Assembly: GCA_963761305.1 (NCBI GenBank)
Contig: CAVXGK010000002.1
Location: forward strand, 2,368,001-2,432,000
Origin: an uncultured Gemmatimonadaceae bacterium
GTDB taxonomy: Bacteria; Gemmatimonadota; Gemmatimonadetes; Gemmatimonadales; Gemmatimonadaceae
Length of the DNA stretch: 64,000 nucleotides
Direction of reading: 5' to 3'
Shown: piece by piece, positions 34,441 through 44,144 of the stretch
Numbering within the stretch: the stretch's first letter is position 1
Layout: every line of letters begins with the position of its first letter
Translations under genes and position numbers: made by a program
The notes under the pieces: model-generated
What the model saw: only the letters and a program-made list of their open reading frames with translations
Told to the model about the DNA's origin: nothing
Database searches by the model: none

Positions 34441-34447
34441 AACGGCG
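34404..34447 (+). repeat. octamer array forming the ruvX 3' end and mltG 5' end
   Basis: GGTGGACA GGTCGACA GGTGGACG GGTGGACG GGTGAAAC GGCG. Confidence 0.85.
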
Positions 34448-35471
34448 AGCAACGGCTTTCCGGCGAACCTCCATGCGCGGGGTCGCGTTGATCGCGGCCG
34501 CGGCGAGCATCGTCGCGTGCGGCGGCGGCACCGGGCCGGAGGTTCGCGTCACGATTCCTCAGGGCGCCTCGATGCGTGTGGCGGCCGAGTCGTTGTCGCG
34601 GGCGCACGTGATCTCGTTGCCGAGCGGCTTCAGGCTCTACGCGTCGCTGCGCCACGACGACCGGGGCATTCGCGCCGGCACCTACATGCTCCACCGCAAC
34701 GCCAGTTGGAGTTACGTGCTCGACGCGTTGCGCGCCGGCAAGGGACTGGTGCACATCGTCACGATTCCCGAGGGCTTTTCGCTCTCCCAGATCGAGACGG
34801 CGCTGCAAAGCAAGCTCGGGGCGACCGACGATTCGGTCGCCGCGGCGGCGGGTGACACGACGCTCCTTCGGGCGCTCGACGTGCCGACGCCGACGCTCGA
34901 GGGCTACCTCTTTCCCGACACGTACATCTTCCCCGAAGGCACGACGGCGCGTGGCGCCGTCGCGCTCATGGTGCACCGTTTCGAGCAAGTCTGGAAACCC
35001 GAGTGGACCGCACGGCTCGACACGATTCACCTTTCTCGAAACGAGGTGGTAACGCTGGCGTCGCTCGTCGAGAAAGAAGCGCGCATGCCGGAGGAGCGGC
35101 CGGTGATCGCCGCTGTCTACCTCAACCGGTTTCGCGCGGGTGAGCTGTTGCAGGCCGATCCCACCGTCCAGTACGCGCTCGGCAAGCACGTGGCGCGCGT
35201 GTATTTCAAGGATCTCGAAGTCGATTCGCCTTATAACACGTATAAACACAAGGGACTTCCGCCCGGCCCGATCGCGTCGCCGGGAAAGCCCAGTCTCGAG
35301 GCGGCGCTCTACCCCGCCAACGTGCCCTACAAGTACTTCGTCGCGTTCCCCGACGGGCACCACGAGTTCCGAAACGACCTCGCCGCGCACGAGCGCGCCG
35401 TGGCCGAAGCGCGCCGAGCGTGGGACTCGGCCGACGCGACGCACCGCGGCGACACGATTCGTCCCAAGTAG
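34437..35471 (+). CDS. mltG: endolytic transglycosylase MltG
   Basis: VTIPEG, LEGYLFPDTY, LASLVEKEA, LQADPTVQY, SPYNTY..GLPPGPIASPG; start could be ATG 34473. Confidence 0.95.
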   Translation: MKRRATAFRRTSMRGVALIAAAASIVACGGGTGPEVRVTIPQGASMRVAAESLSRAHVISLPSGFRLYASLRHDDRGIRAGTYMLHRNASWSYVLDALRAGKGLVHIVTIPEGFSLSQIETALQSKLGATDDSVAAAAGDTTLLRALDVPTPTLEGYLFPDTYIFPEGTTARGAVALMVHRFEQVWKPEWTARLDTIHLSRNEVVTLASLVEKEARMPEERPVIAAVYLNRFRAGELLQADPTVQYALGKHVARVYFKDLEVDSPYNTYKHKGLPPGPIASPGKPSLEAALYPANVPYKYFVAFPDGHHEFRNDLAAHERAVAEARRAWDSADATHRGDTIRPK

Positions 35472-35572
35472 CGTCCCGAGTAGCGGCAGCGTACCCCCCT
35501 TTGGGACAGTGGCGCGCCCGTGAGGCGGCTCCTATCTTGGCCGCGGGTCTTCACTCGAACGAAGGACGCACG

Positions 35573-36364
35573 ATGCGGTGGGTCACCGCTGTGCCGCGAC
35601 GGTTGGCAATACGCGAGGTTCGCCTGCTCGCAGCGTGCGCATGCCTGCTCACGTCGGCGACACGGCCGAGCGCGGCCCAATCCGGTGTGTTGCGCGGCGT
35701 CGTGGTCGACTCCGCCGACGGTTCACTGCTCGAGAACGTCGGCATCCTGTCCGAGGCGCTGCGCAAGGTCGCGCGCACCGATTCCAAAGGCCGGTTCACG
35801 CTCACCCAGATGCCGGCGGGCGAAGTCGAGCTGTCGATTCGCCGCCTCGGGTACAAGCCGCAGCGTCAAACGATCGTGCTCTCCGGCGGCGTCAACGATT
35901 CGGTGAAGGTCGTGCTCGTCGCGCAGCCCGAGGTATTGCAGGCGGTCGCGGTCGACGAGTCGGAGCGCCACCACCGCCAGGGCATCGAAGACTTCTACGT
36001 GCGCCGCGCGCAGGGCATCGGCACGTTCATCACGCGCCAGCAGTTGGAAGATCTGCGCAGCACGCAGCCCACGGACGCCCTGCGCATGGTCCCGGGGATA
36101 CAACTCCGCCGCTCGCGCAACGGCGAGAATACGGTGCGGTTCACCGGCACGACGTCGATCAACCACCGCGACTGCGCGCCGACGCTCTGGCTCGACGGTG
36201 AGCGCGTGCCGAACATGGAGCTGGACCAGATCCCGGCGCAGGACATCGAAGGCATCGAGTTGTACCGCGGCGCATCGACGACGCCGGCGCAGTTCTGGCA
36301 AGGCAACTCGAACTCCACGTTGTGCGGCACGATCGTCGTTTGGAGTCGTCTCCCCGGCACGTGA
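35573..36364 (+). CDS. secreted carboxypeptidase-regulatory-like plus TonB-plug-like protein without barrel
   Basis: RTDSKGRFTL..IRRLGYKP, GTFITRQQLE, DALRMVPGI, CAPTLWLDG, IEGIELYRG, CGTIVVWSR. Confidence 0.82.
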   Translation: MRWVTAVPRRLAIREVRLLAACACLLTSATRPSAAQSGVLRGVVVDSADGSLLENVGILSEALRKVARTDSKGRFTLTQMPAGEVELSIRRLGYKPQRQTIVLSGGVNDSVKVVLVAQPEVLQAVAVDESERHHRQGIEDFYVRRAQGIGTFITRQQLEDLRSTQPTDALRMVPGIQLRRSRNGENTVRFTGTTSINHRDCAPTLWLDGERVPNMELDQIPAQDIEGIELYRGASTTPAQFWQGNSNSTLCGTIVVWSRLPGT

Positions 36365-38214
36365 CGGCACGCCAAGCGACGAAGCGCCGCGCCTGGCTCG
36401 TTCCACTCGCGGTCGCGGCGGCGACGTTCGTCGCGTTCCTGCCCGCGCTGGACAACGGGTTCGTGAGCTGGGACGACGAAAAGAATTTCGTCAACAACCC
36501 GCACTTCCGCGGCCTCGGTCCGGCGCAGCTGCACTGGATGTGGACCACGTTCCACATGGGCCACTACGTGCCGCTGTCGTGGATGACGTTGGGCCTCGAC
36601 TACACGCTGTGGGGGATGAACCCGCTCGGCTACCACCTGACGAGCCTCCTCCTGCACGCGGCGAACGCCGTGTTGGTCTACGCCATTGCGCGCCACCTGT
36701 TGCAGCGAAGCGAATGGACGCGGCTTCGAGGCCGAGAGGATCTGGTGACGCTCGGCGCAGCCGCGGCAGCGCTGTTGTTCTCCCTCCATCCGCTGCGCGT
36801 GGAGTCGGTGGCGTGGGCCACCGAACGGCGAGACGTTCTCTCGGCGTTCTTCGCGCTGGCGACCATTCTCGTCTACCTGCGCGCCGTCGAAGAGGCGCGG
36901 CCAAGCGCCGGCCGGCGCTACTGGGCGGCGGTCGCACTGTTCGTCTGCGCGCTGCTGTCCAAGGCGACGACGATGACCGTTCCCGCCGTGTTGGCCATCT
37001 TGAATGTGTATCCGCTCAAGCGACTGGGCGGCGACAAAGGATGGTGGAGCGACGGCGCGCGTCGCGTTTACGCTGAGCTGATCCCCTTCGCGATCCTGTC
37101 GGCCGGCGCCGCCGTACTGTCGATCGTCGCGCTGCACCCGCCCGGACAGCTGGGTCCCGCGCAGAAGCTGGCCGTGTCGGCGTTCAGTCTCGCGTTCTAT
37201 GTATGGAAGACGATCGTGCCGATCGGGCTCTCGCCGCTATACCAGATGCCGCAGCACGTCGACCCGGCGGAGCTTTGGTTTCTCGTGAGCTACCTGGCGA
37301 TCGCCGGGTTGGCTCTCGTCGCCTGGCTGGCGCGACGACGGGCGCCCGCGGTCACGGCGGCGCTGGTGGTTTTCGTGGTGATCACGCTGCCGATGCTCGG
37401 CGTGGTACAGAACGGACCGCAGATCGCCGCCGATCGATACACCTATCACGCGGCGCCGGCGCTCGCGATGCTGGGTGCGATGGCGTACCTGTCGCTACCG
37501 CATCCGCGCGCGCTGGTATCGATCGTTGGACTCTCGGCCGTGCTCGTGATCCTCGGCACGTTGACGTGGGCGCAGACCAGAGTGTGGCGAACGTCGGAAT
37601 CACTCTGGGCGCGTGTGATCGAAGAAGACAGCACGTCGTCGATCGCGCTGGCCGCGATGGCCAACATTCGGTTCACACAGGATCGTGTCGCCGAAGGAGT
37701 CGCGCTCAGCGAGCGCGCTGTCGCGTTGGCGCCCGGCTCGTCCGAGGCGCATAACACGCTCGGCGTCGGCTACGCGCGCACCAATCGTGGCCCCGACGCA
37801 ATCGCCGAGTATAGGCGGGCGATCGAGCTCAAACCGGAATACGACGAGGCGGAGAACAATCTTGGGATCGCGCTGGCGAGCAGCGGCGCGTTGGACAGCG
37901 CGATCGCGCACTATCGTCGAGCGTTGGCGATCAACCCGGATCTCGCCGGCGCGGAGATCAACTGGGGCAACGCATTGGTGCGCGGCAACCGGCCCGCCGA
38001 GGCCATCCCTCACTACGAGCGCGCGTTGTCGGTGCAACCGGCGAATGCCGACGCCCATCTCAACTGGGGTGTCGCACTGGCGACCGAAGGCAAGTACGCC
38101 GACGCCGTCGAGCAATTTCGCGCGGTGCTCGCGATCGAGCCGGAGAATCGGGAGGCGGCGGGGTACCTCGAGCGCGCGACGGGGTTGATGCGCGCCACTC
38201 CGCCGGGCGCCTGA
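36361..38214 (+). CDS. TMTC-like GT-C membrane protein with C-terminal TPR repeats
   Basis: NGFVSWDD, HYVPL, GYHLTSLLLHAAN, HPLRVESVAWATERRD, ALLSK, ADRYTY, about 5 TPRs. Confidence 0.85.
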   Translation: MTARQATKRRAWLVPLAVAAATFVAFLPALDNGFVSWDDEKNFVNNPHFRGLGPAQLHWMWTTFHMGHYVPLSWMTLGLDYTLWGMNPLGYHLTSLLLHAANAVLVYAIARHLLQRSEWTRLRGREDLVTLGAAAAALLFSLHPLRVESVAWATERRDVLSAFFALATILVYLRAVEEARPSAGRRYWAAVALFVCALLSKATTMTVPAVLAILNVYPLKRLGGDKGWWSDGARRVYAELIPFAILSAGAAVLSIVALHPPGQLGPAQKLAVSAFSLAFYVWKTIVPIGLSPLYQMPQHVDPAELWFLVSYLAIAGLALVAWLARRRAPAVTAALVVFVVITLPMLGVVQNGPQIAADRYTYHAAPALAMLGAMAYLSLPHPRALVSIVGLSAVLVILGTLTWAQTRVWRTSESLWARVIEEDSTSSIALAAMANIRFTQDRVAEGVALSERAVALAPGSSEAHNTLGVGYARTNRGPDAIAEYRRAIELKPEYDEAENNLGIALASSGALDSAIAHYRRALAINPDLAGAEINWGNALVRGNRPAEAIPHYERALSVQPANADAHLNWGVALATEGKYADAVEQFRAVLAIEPENREAAGYLERATGLMRATPPGA

Positions 38215-38290
38215 GCCTGTCTGCGATGGGAGACGGGCGAAAACTGACGGAACTGAGTTCCGCATTCCTGCGTGTGATGGCGGTGATCGT

Positions 38291-39007
38291 GTGAACTACC
38301 ACGGCGCCGCCATTCGCTTCAGATGCCGGCGGGTCCGTGTCGCGTTGACGTCGTCGTCGAGCACGAGGAGACGACGCTTGCGATCGAATCCGTGTCTTCG
38401 AATACCATGGGGTCATTCAAGCGCAGCTCGCCCGCGACTGCCGCCGAGCGAGTCGCCCAGGAATCGCTGGTGCCTTGGCGCGGCCGCTATGGGTTTGGCG
38501 ATGTGCTCCACTCCCCAGCCGCCGCCAACGAGAGCGCAGGACTCCGTCGAGATTGCGCGCGACTCCGCTGCGGCGGCGACGGACCAGGGCTATCAAGCGC
38601 AATTGGCGAGATACCGTCACGATGAGGCGATAGTCGACTCGATCACGCGTGTAGCGAGGCAGGACCCTATTCTACGGAATGACTCGCTTTACAGAGTCTA
38701 CCGGTGGGCGCTTCGGCCGCAGGGTGTAACTGTCGCCGACGTTAACATCCTGAGTTGCCTCGAGACCGCGCTGGCCATCCGCTACGGAATTGCGGCATCA
38801 GATCGCGTCGTCAAGCAGTTGCGAGACACGGTCTTTCGAGATCGGGGCATTACGAATGCAGTTGACTATTACTGGAGTCGCGCCCCGAGCCGCGGGCGGC
38901 TGGATTCGGAAAACTGTATGCGAGAACAGAGCCCTCATCCTGATGAAATCGATGGAACGTCATTGAGCCGTGAGCCGAGTCCGCCGCGGTTGAGTCCCAG
39001 CCGCTAG
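38291..39007 (+). CDS. hypothetical exported protein, paralog A (true start probably downstream)
   Basis: colinear similarity to 39486-40145; hydrophobic LGAAAMGLAMC segment; atypical codon usage. Confidence 0.6.
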   Translation: MNYHGAAIRFRCRRVRVALTSSSSTRRRRLRSNPCLRIPWGHSSAARPRLPPSESPRNRWCLGAAAMGLAMCSTPQPPPTRAQDSVEIARDSAAAATDQGYQAQLARYRHDEAIVDSITRVARQDPILRNDSLYRVYRWALRPQGVTVADVNILSCLETALAIRYGIAASDRVVKQLRDTVFRDRGITNAVDYYWSRAPSRGRLDSENCMREQSPHPDEIDGTSLSREPSPPRLSPSR

Positions 39008-39227
39008 CGAAACGGCGACCGTGTCATCTTTCATTGGCGCGCTCGTTGCGCTCAAGCCTCGACCAGCGCGTATCGGGTCGACTTCACGTTACGGTACGAG
39101 GAAATTCGCGTCGCGCTCGAGGTGGATGGCTTCGAGTTCTACAGCTCGCAACAGGCGATGCTCCGCGACTATCAACGCACGCGGCGGCTCCAGTTAGGCG
39201 GCTACGTCGTCGTCAGATTTGCGGAAG

Positions 39228-39336
39228 TGGAGTTCACCCGGTTTAGTAGACACCTTGGCTAGCTGACTTTGCTCATCTCTGCTTCGAACTGCACGGGTGA
39301 ATCGTAGCCGAGCGATGAGAGCCGCCGCTGCCGATC
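39228..39336 (-). mobile_element. IS3-family remnant: OrfB C-terminus plus right end
   Basis: minus strand reads RQRRLSSLGYDSPVQFEAEMSKVS*, followed by an end-like TGGAGTTCACCCGGTTTAGTAGACAC. Confidence 0.7.
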
Positions 39337-39485
39337 CGCCGTGGTTCGACGGCCCAGCTCTTATGGGTCGCTCATCGTTGCACTCTCCCCACCATTGGTC
39401 GATCGCGCACTGAGCGTCCTACATCGATGATGATCGCAGTCAGGCTGACGCCGAACGCGGAGTTGCCCCCGACTCGATTGACAAG

Positions 39486-40145
39486 GTGTCCCTGGCTATC
39501 AGCCGGGGGGTGAAGATCGACGTCAGGACGACAAATACATTCAAGGAATTCTGTCGGAACGGGTGCCTCATTCTTCCAGCAGCTTTACTCGAGGTGTATG
39601 AGCCTTCAAAACCAGTGAGCTGTAGCATTCTGGCGATCGCGCTATGTGTCGCCGTTTCAGCGTTCGCGCAGAACTGCCGGTCCGCCGGGGCCGGCGGTTC
39701 TGGCAGTTCGTCCGGCGCTTCGGCTAGATCTGGCGCGGACTCACTTTACCGCGTCAGACTTGCCAGATGGCTCCGTGACTCGATCGTTCTCGATTCCATG
39801 ACGGGACTGGTGCAAACCGACTCACTCTACCGACTCTACCGACACGCAGTCGAGCCGACGGGCGTGAGCGCTGCCTTAGTACAGGCCGTTTTTTGTGAGG
39901 AGCATCGCTTGGAGATCCGGCACGGTTGGGTGCCGTCCAATCGGGCAATCCACGCTATGCTCGACACCGTTTTTCAGGACCGAGGGATCCGGGACGGTTT
40001 TGCGTATTTCGCCGCTCGCGCGCCAGCCGAAGGACACGTCGAAGGCGGCCGGAGCGTTTGCGGCCCGTATCCACCGGCGGCTCCGCTCACGATCGGCGAG
40101 ACCCGCTTGGACACGAAGTTGCCGCCGAGGCCGCGTGCGCCGTAG
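39486..40145 (+). CDS. hypothetical exported protein, paralog B (likely start near 39615)
   Basis: signal-like ILAIALCVAVSAFA; shares LAR..D....DS, DSLYR.YR, DTVF.DRGI and RAP motifs with paralog A. Confidence 0.65.
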   Translation: MSLAISRGVKIDVRTTNTFKEFCRNGCLILPAALLEVYEPSKPVSCSILAIALCVAVSAFAQNCRSAGAGGSGSSSGASARSGADSLYRVRLARWLRDSIVLDSMTGLVQTDSLYRLYRHAVEPTGVSAALVQAVFCEEHRLEIRHGWVPSNRAIHAMLDTVFQDRGIRDGFAYFAARAPAEGHVEGGRSVCGPYPPAAPLTIGETRLDTKLPPRPRAP

Positions 40146-40168
40146 AGGCGACCGGGCGACGTAGCGGG

Positions 40169-40370
40169 TGAATCGCCCCGGGATTGTCGGAGGCTCCAAC
40201 TCGTGAGTGAACCGCCCCGGGGTTCGTCGGAAAGCTCGTTACGTGAGTGGTGCCTCAACGACGTGAGTACTGTCCGTCGCGGAAAATTCGAGCCTCGCAA
40301 ACTCGACTTCCTCATCGCCGCGCCCGGCGCCGCGGCAATGAATCAGCTCAGTCTTGAACAGGCCGACGAT
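40169..40370 (-). mobile_element. IS3-family (IS51/IS6110-like) remnant: two terminal repeats plus degraded OrfB
   Basis: TGAATCGCCCCGGGATTGTCGGAGGCTC and TGAACCGCCCCGGGGTTCGTCGGAAAGCTC; minus strand reads IVGLFKTELIHCRGAGRGDEEVEFARLE. Confidence 0.8.
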
Positions 40371-41206
40371 GGGCGCCTAAGACTTTCTTGGGCGGGAGAC
40401 GGGCGAAAACCGACGGACCAGAGGCGCCCCTTTGCGACGGTCGCCTCGCCGCTGGCGGCGATCGAATATTCTCCGTTTCACTCGGCTGGCGAAGAATTCC
40501 AGTGCGCTGACAACCGTGACCGTTGAGCCGGCGGCGTCCGAATGGAGACCCGACGACGGGTTGCGAACCTCTGCCATCGGCGACAAGTCCCCCGTTCGGT
40601 GAACAAACACCCCGGGACTCGCGAGAAGGTCCGGTAGACGAACTGAATCGTTGGCCCGCGCTTTCGATTCAACCGCCTGCCCGCGCGGTCGAGTGGCTTG
40701 AACGCTCGGACCCAATCGATGGACGGCGCGCGCCGATGGCGTGATCGAAGCAAACAGTGACTTGACCGGCGCGACCAGTCCGCTGGTCGCCGCGACCGAA
40801 GACCCGCCCGCGAGGTCCAATGCGGTGAATCAGATGGAAAACCCGGCGAGATCGGCGCGACTGGAACGGTGGCGAGGAGGAAAATACGCGCGTCGGCCCG
40901 GCGGCCAGCGAATCCCGCGTGGAACGGACCGCTGACTGTTGTTTCCGGTCCGCTGGCAGCGCGGAAGCCCGAAATCGCATTTCGATACGCTGGGGGATCC
41001 GATGGATCCCGAGGAGTCCGGCCGAGAGAACGCGAATGCGAGCCCCTCTACTAGTATCTTATCCGCCGACGCGATTTTGACTACATCGGGCGGCAGCTTA
41101 GACGGTTACAATCGTCATGCAGGCGTCAGCCCGACGCGGATCCAGGCGTTCTTGACGACTCCATGACGCCAGAGCGATTGTTAAGTCGATGAAGGCGCGG
41201 TTAAGA

Positions 41207-41221
41207 AAAGTGTAACACTTT
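41207..41221. promoter_or_regulatory. perfect 7-1-7 palindrome AAAGTGT-A-ACACTTT
   Basis: lies in an AT-rich promoter-like stretch ~55 bp upstream of ORF 41278. Confidence 0.45.
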
Positions 41222-41277
41222 GTTATATAGCCAACATCGCTTCCGCGGATAAGACACAAGTAGGAGGGCTCGCGTCG

Positions 41278-42291
41278 ATGAAACGATCATGCCTGGTGGG
41301 ATTGTGCCTCGGTCTTTCGGCCCTCATGGGCCGGAGCGCGTCGTCGCAACAACCGGCGCCTCCCAAGCCTGCAGGACCCAAGACGCTGGTGGGTTTGGTG
41401 ACCGACACGATCGGCAACCCGGTCGACAGCGTCGAACTGCTCATCGCGGCGATCAAACGACACGCGATGACCGGCGCCGACGGCACGTTCCGCTTCGACG
41501 ACCTCAAGCCCGGGCCGTACCAAATCGTCGCTCGGCGGCTCGGCTTCATTCCGACGGTTCAGTCGGTGACCGTCGGCGACAAGGGCGGTGTGGTCTCGTT
41601 CTCGATCATTCAGGGAATCCGGGCGCTGCCGCCGGTGGTGACGTCGGCCGCGCGCGGCGGATTGAGCGGCGTCATCGGCGACACGTCGTACAACATCGTC
41701 GAAGGGGCGCAGATCGCCGTGATCGCCAGCGACCATCGAGCGCTGAGCGATTCAATGGGCCGTTTCTTCCTCGACCTCAACCCGGGCAAGTACATGGTGA
41801 ACGTCACGCGCCCGGGCTACCGGTCGCGCCTCGTGAGCGTGACGATTCCGAACGACAGCGGCCGGCGCATGACCGTGTGGCTCACGCCGTCGAATCGCGG
41901 ACAGAGCGCGCGCGACGGGTTCGCCTACGACGCGCTCGCGCTGCGGCTCGAGAATCGAAACCCTGTCTTCTCGACGATCTTCACCCGAGAGGACATCAAC
42001 CGACTCGGCATCGAGGACGGCTCGCAACTAGCGAAGTTGGGATCGAACTCGCAGTTCGGACCGCCGGACGACCAATGCCCCGCCATCATCGACGGCGGGC
42101 CGACGACTCTCCCTCTCTGGGCGATCGACGCCGCCGACATCGAGGCGATGGAGACCTATGCGCCGAAACCGAAAACCGGCGCGGTCACGAGCATCGGACG
42201 CAATCGACCCATCTCCACGCAGGGCTCGAACAGCGCGCAGGCGCAGGCGCCGTGCAAGGGAGTGCGGGTGTACGTCTGGCTGAGGAAGTAG
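41278..42291 (+). CDS. secreted protein with two carboxypeptidase-regulatory-like domains and a plug-like C-terminus
   Basis: TGADGTFRFDDLKPGPY..ARRLGF, SDSMGRF..PGKY..RPGY, FTREDI, CPAIIDG, IEAMETY, C..VYVWLRK. Confidence 0.8.
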   Translation: MKRSCLVGLCLGLSALMGRSASSQQPAPPKPAGPKTLVGLVTDTIGNPVDSVELLIAAIKRHAMTGADGTFRFDDLKPGPYQIVARRLGFIPTVQSVTVGDKGGVVSFSIIQGIRALPPVVTSAARGGLSGVIGDTSYNIVEGAQIAVIASDHRALSDSMGRFFLDLNPGKYMVNVTRPGYRSRLVSVTIPNDSGRRMTVWLTPSNRGQSARDGFAYDALALRLENRNPVFSTIFTREDINRLGIEDGSQLAKLGSNSQFGPPDDQCPAIIDGGPTTLPLWAIDAADIEAMETYAPKPKTGAVTSIGRNRPISTQGSNSAQAQAPCKGVRVYVWLRK

Positions 42292-42324
42292 GTGGACGGG
42301 TGGACGGGTGGACCGGTGGACAGC
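42291..42324 (+). repeat. octamer array (4 units) overlapping a stop codon
   Basis: GGTGGACG GGTGGACG GGTGGACC GGTGGACA GC. Confidence 0.85.
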
Positions 42325-42332
42325 ATCGCCGG

Positions 42333-44096
42333 CTATCGCTGGCGATACGGCGTGCTCACTCGAATGGAACCGGGCCTCGCGCCGGCGCGGCGCGCGCTGT
42401 CCGTGAGCTGTCGAAGAATCTGCAACATGGACCGTCGTTCCCCAGGGGCGCCGGCGGGAGACTCGTACGCGGCCCACTTCGCGGCCGAGTCGTAGTCTCC
42501 CATGGCCAACAAGGCGGAGATCAACTCCACCCTCACTTCGTCCTGGGTCGAATCCAGCGCGAGGCTGGTGCGAAGTTGGACGACGGCGGCCGAGTCCGCG
42601 TTCATCGCCAGAAGCAAATAGGCTAGCGTATCGCGCACGCCGGCGGGGTTTGCGGCGGATGCGATGGCTGGCTCGAACTCTTGTGTCAGTTCCAGCACGG
42701 CTCGGCCCCTCGCGCTGCGGACTCGTTTGCTCTTCGGAGCATCGACGGCCGCGGTTCGCCAAAAGCTGGCGCTATTGCGCCACGTGGTCTCACGCTGCGC
42801 GCTTCGCGCCACGCCGAGAACGACGAGCAGGCAACAGCCGTATGCCGCAACCGTTTCGGGGGGGGGCCGGAACCGACGAAGGGCGGGCCATCGCAGAACG
42901 AGGCCGACGAGCCCGACGCAAGCGATCAGGAAGCCAACGCTCGGGAGAAACAGGGTACGCTCGGCGACGGTGATGCTCGTCGGAACGATGTTGCTGACCG
43001 GGAAGAGAGCGACGCCGCACCACGCGAGGCCAAACGCGACTGTCGGCGCGACTCGTCTCGATCGCACAGCGATCACCACCACCATCACCAACAAGACGAG
43101 GCCCGCGGCCTCCGCGGGGCCGAATGAGGTCGACGCAATCACCTCGTCGGGGGAGTAGTCCATCTTCAAATGCGCGGGCCACACGAGGAGGCGGGCCCAA
43201 ATCGGCACGACCTTCAACATCGTGAGCAGCCGCCCCCCCAAGCCGAGTCCTTGGAGAGCGTTGGCAGTGAACGCGCCGACGACATTGCCGAGCACCAGAC
43301 TTCGGATTGCAACGAGCATCAGCCCGACCACGGCGAGAATCGCAAAGCCGCCCCACGTGTTTCGGAGGCGATCGCCGAGCGTTGATTTGTCGTCGGCGAT
43401 GACCAGCTCGCAGGCCAACAAGAGACCCGGAAGCACGAATCCGTTTTCTTTCGTGAGGCTGGCTACCACGTAGAGTGAGGCGAGCACCGCCCAATCCCGC
43501 TTGCTCAACCGTCCGGTCGTCCTGCGACGGTCGATGTAGAAGCTGGCCGCGTAGCAACTGAGGATGGCGACGAGCAATTCGCCCTGATTGGCGCCCAGCG
43601 CGACGGCTTCCACGTGCACCGGATGAGCGGCGAATAGGGCGGCGGTGGCGAACGCGAGACGCGGTTCCAATACACGCCTCGCCAGGCCGAACACCGCCAG
43701 TGTGGCCGCGCAATACAGCAGGTAGCTCACCACTCGGAAAACCAGTGGCGACCCTCCGCCGACAACGAACTCGACCGCCATCGTCATCGATGCGATTGGG
43801 CGATAGAGGTCGGGTACGTTTGGCGGTTGCCAGTACGACGAAGTGAAGAATGCGCCCCAGTTTTCGAAGTTCGTAAATCGGTTGTCGTGCAGGATCAGCG
43901 GGATGTCGTCGTAGACGAAGTCGTTCGCGAGGCCAACCACGCAAGCGGCGAGGGCGATCACCGCGAGCGCAGCCTTGTGGCTGTAGGTGGCCGGCGCGCG
44001 GCTGGCCGGCTCGGGAGTTTCGCCTTCCAGAGCGCGCGATGGTTGGCGACCCGACTTGGGCCGGCCGACGGTCGGTTCGGCGCGCTTTTTCGTCAT
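42333..44096 (-). CDS. TMTC-like GT-C membrane protein (short TPR-like tail)
   Basis: NDFVYDD, LYRPI, HPVHVEAV, LTKENG, WPAHL..DY, AERTLFLPS. Confidence 0.82.
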   Translation of the reverse strand: MTKKRAEPTVGRPKSGRQPSRALEGETPEPASRAPATYSHKAALAVIALAACVVGLANDFVYDDIPLILHDNRFTNFENWGAFFTSSYWQPPNVPDLYRPIASMTMAVEFVVGGGSPLVFRVVSYLLYCAATLAVFGLARRVLEPRLAFATAALFAAHPVHVEAVALGANQGELLVAILSCYAASFYIDRRRTTGRLSKRDWAVLASLYVVASLTKENGFVLPGLLLACELVIADDKSTLGDRLRNTWGGFAILAVVGLMLVAIRSLVLGNVVGAFTANALQGLGLGGRLLTMLKVVPIWARLLVWPAHLKMDYSPDEVIASTSFGPAEAAGLVLLVMVVVIAVRSRRVAPTVAFGLAWCGVALFPVSNIVPTSITVAERTLFLPSVGFLIACVGLVGLVLRWPALRRFRPPPETVAAYGCCLLVVLGVARSAQRETTWRNSASFWRTAAVDAPKSKRVRSARGRAVLELTQEFEPAIASAANPAGVRDTLAYLLLAMNADSAAVVQLRTSLALDSTQDEVRVELISALLAMGDYDSAAKWAAYESPAGAPGERRSMLQILRQLTDSARRAGARPGSIRVSTPYRQR

Positions 44097-44144
44097 TGAA
44101 TGAGAACTTGCACGTCCAGCCCCTGATGGCTAGCTGACGCCAAG

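Noticed and set aside
40420..41170. Coding gene in the right part of the islet
   Set aside because: Short ORFs in all frames with no recognisable motif or codon bias; possibly decayed DNA
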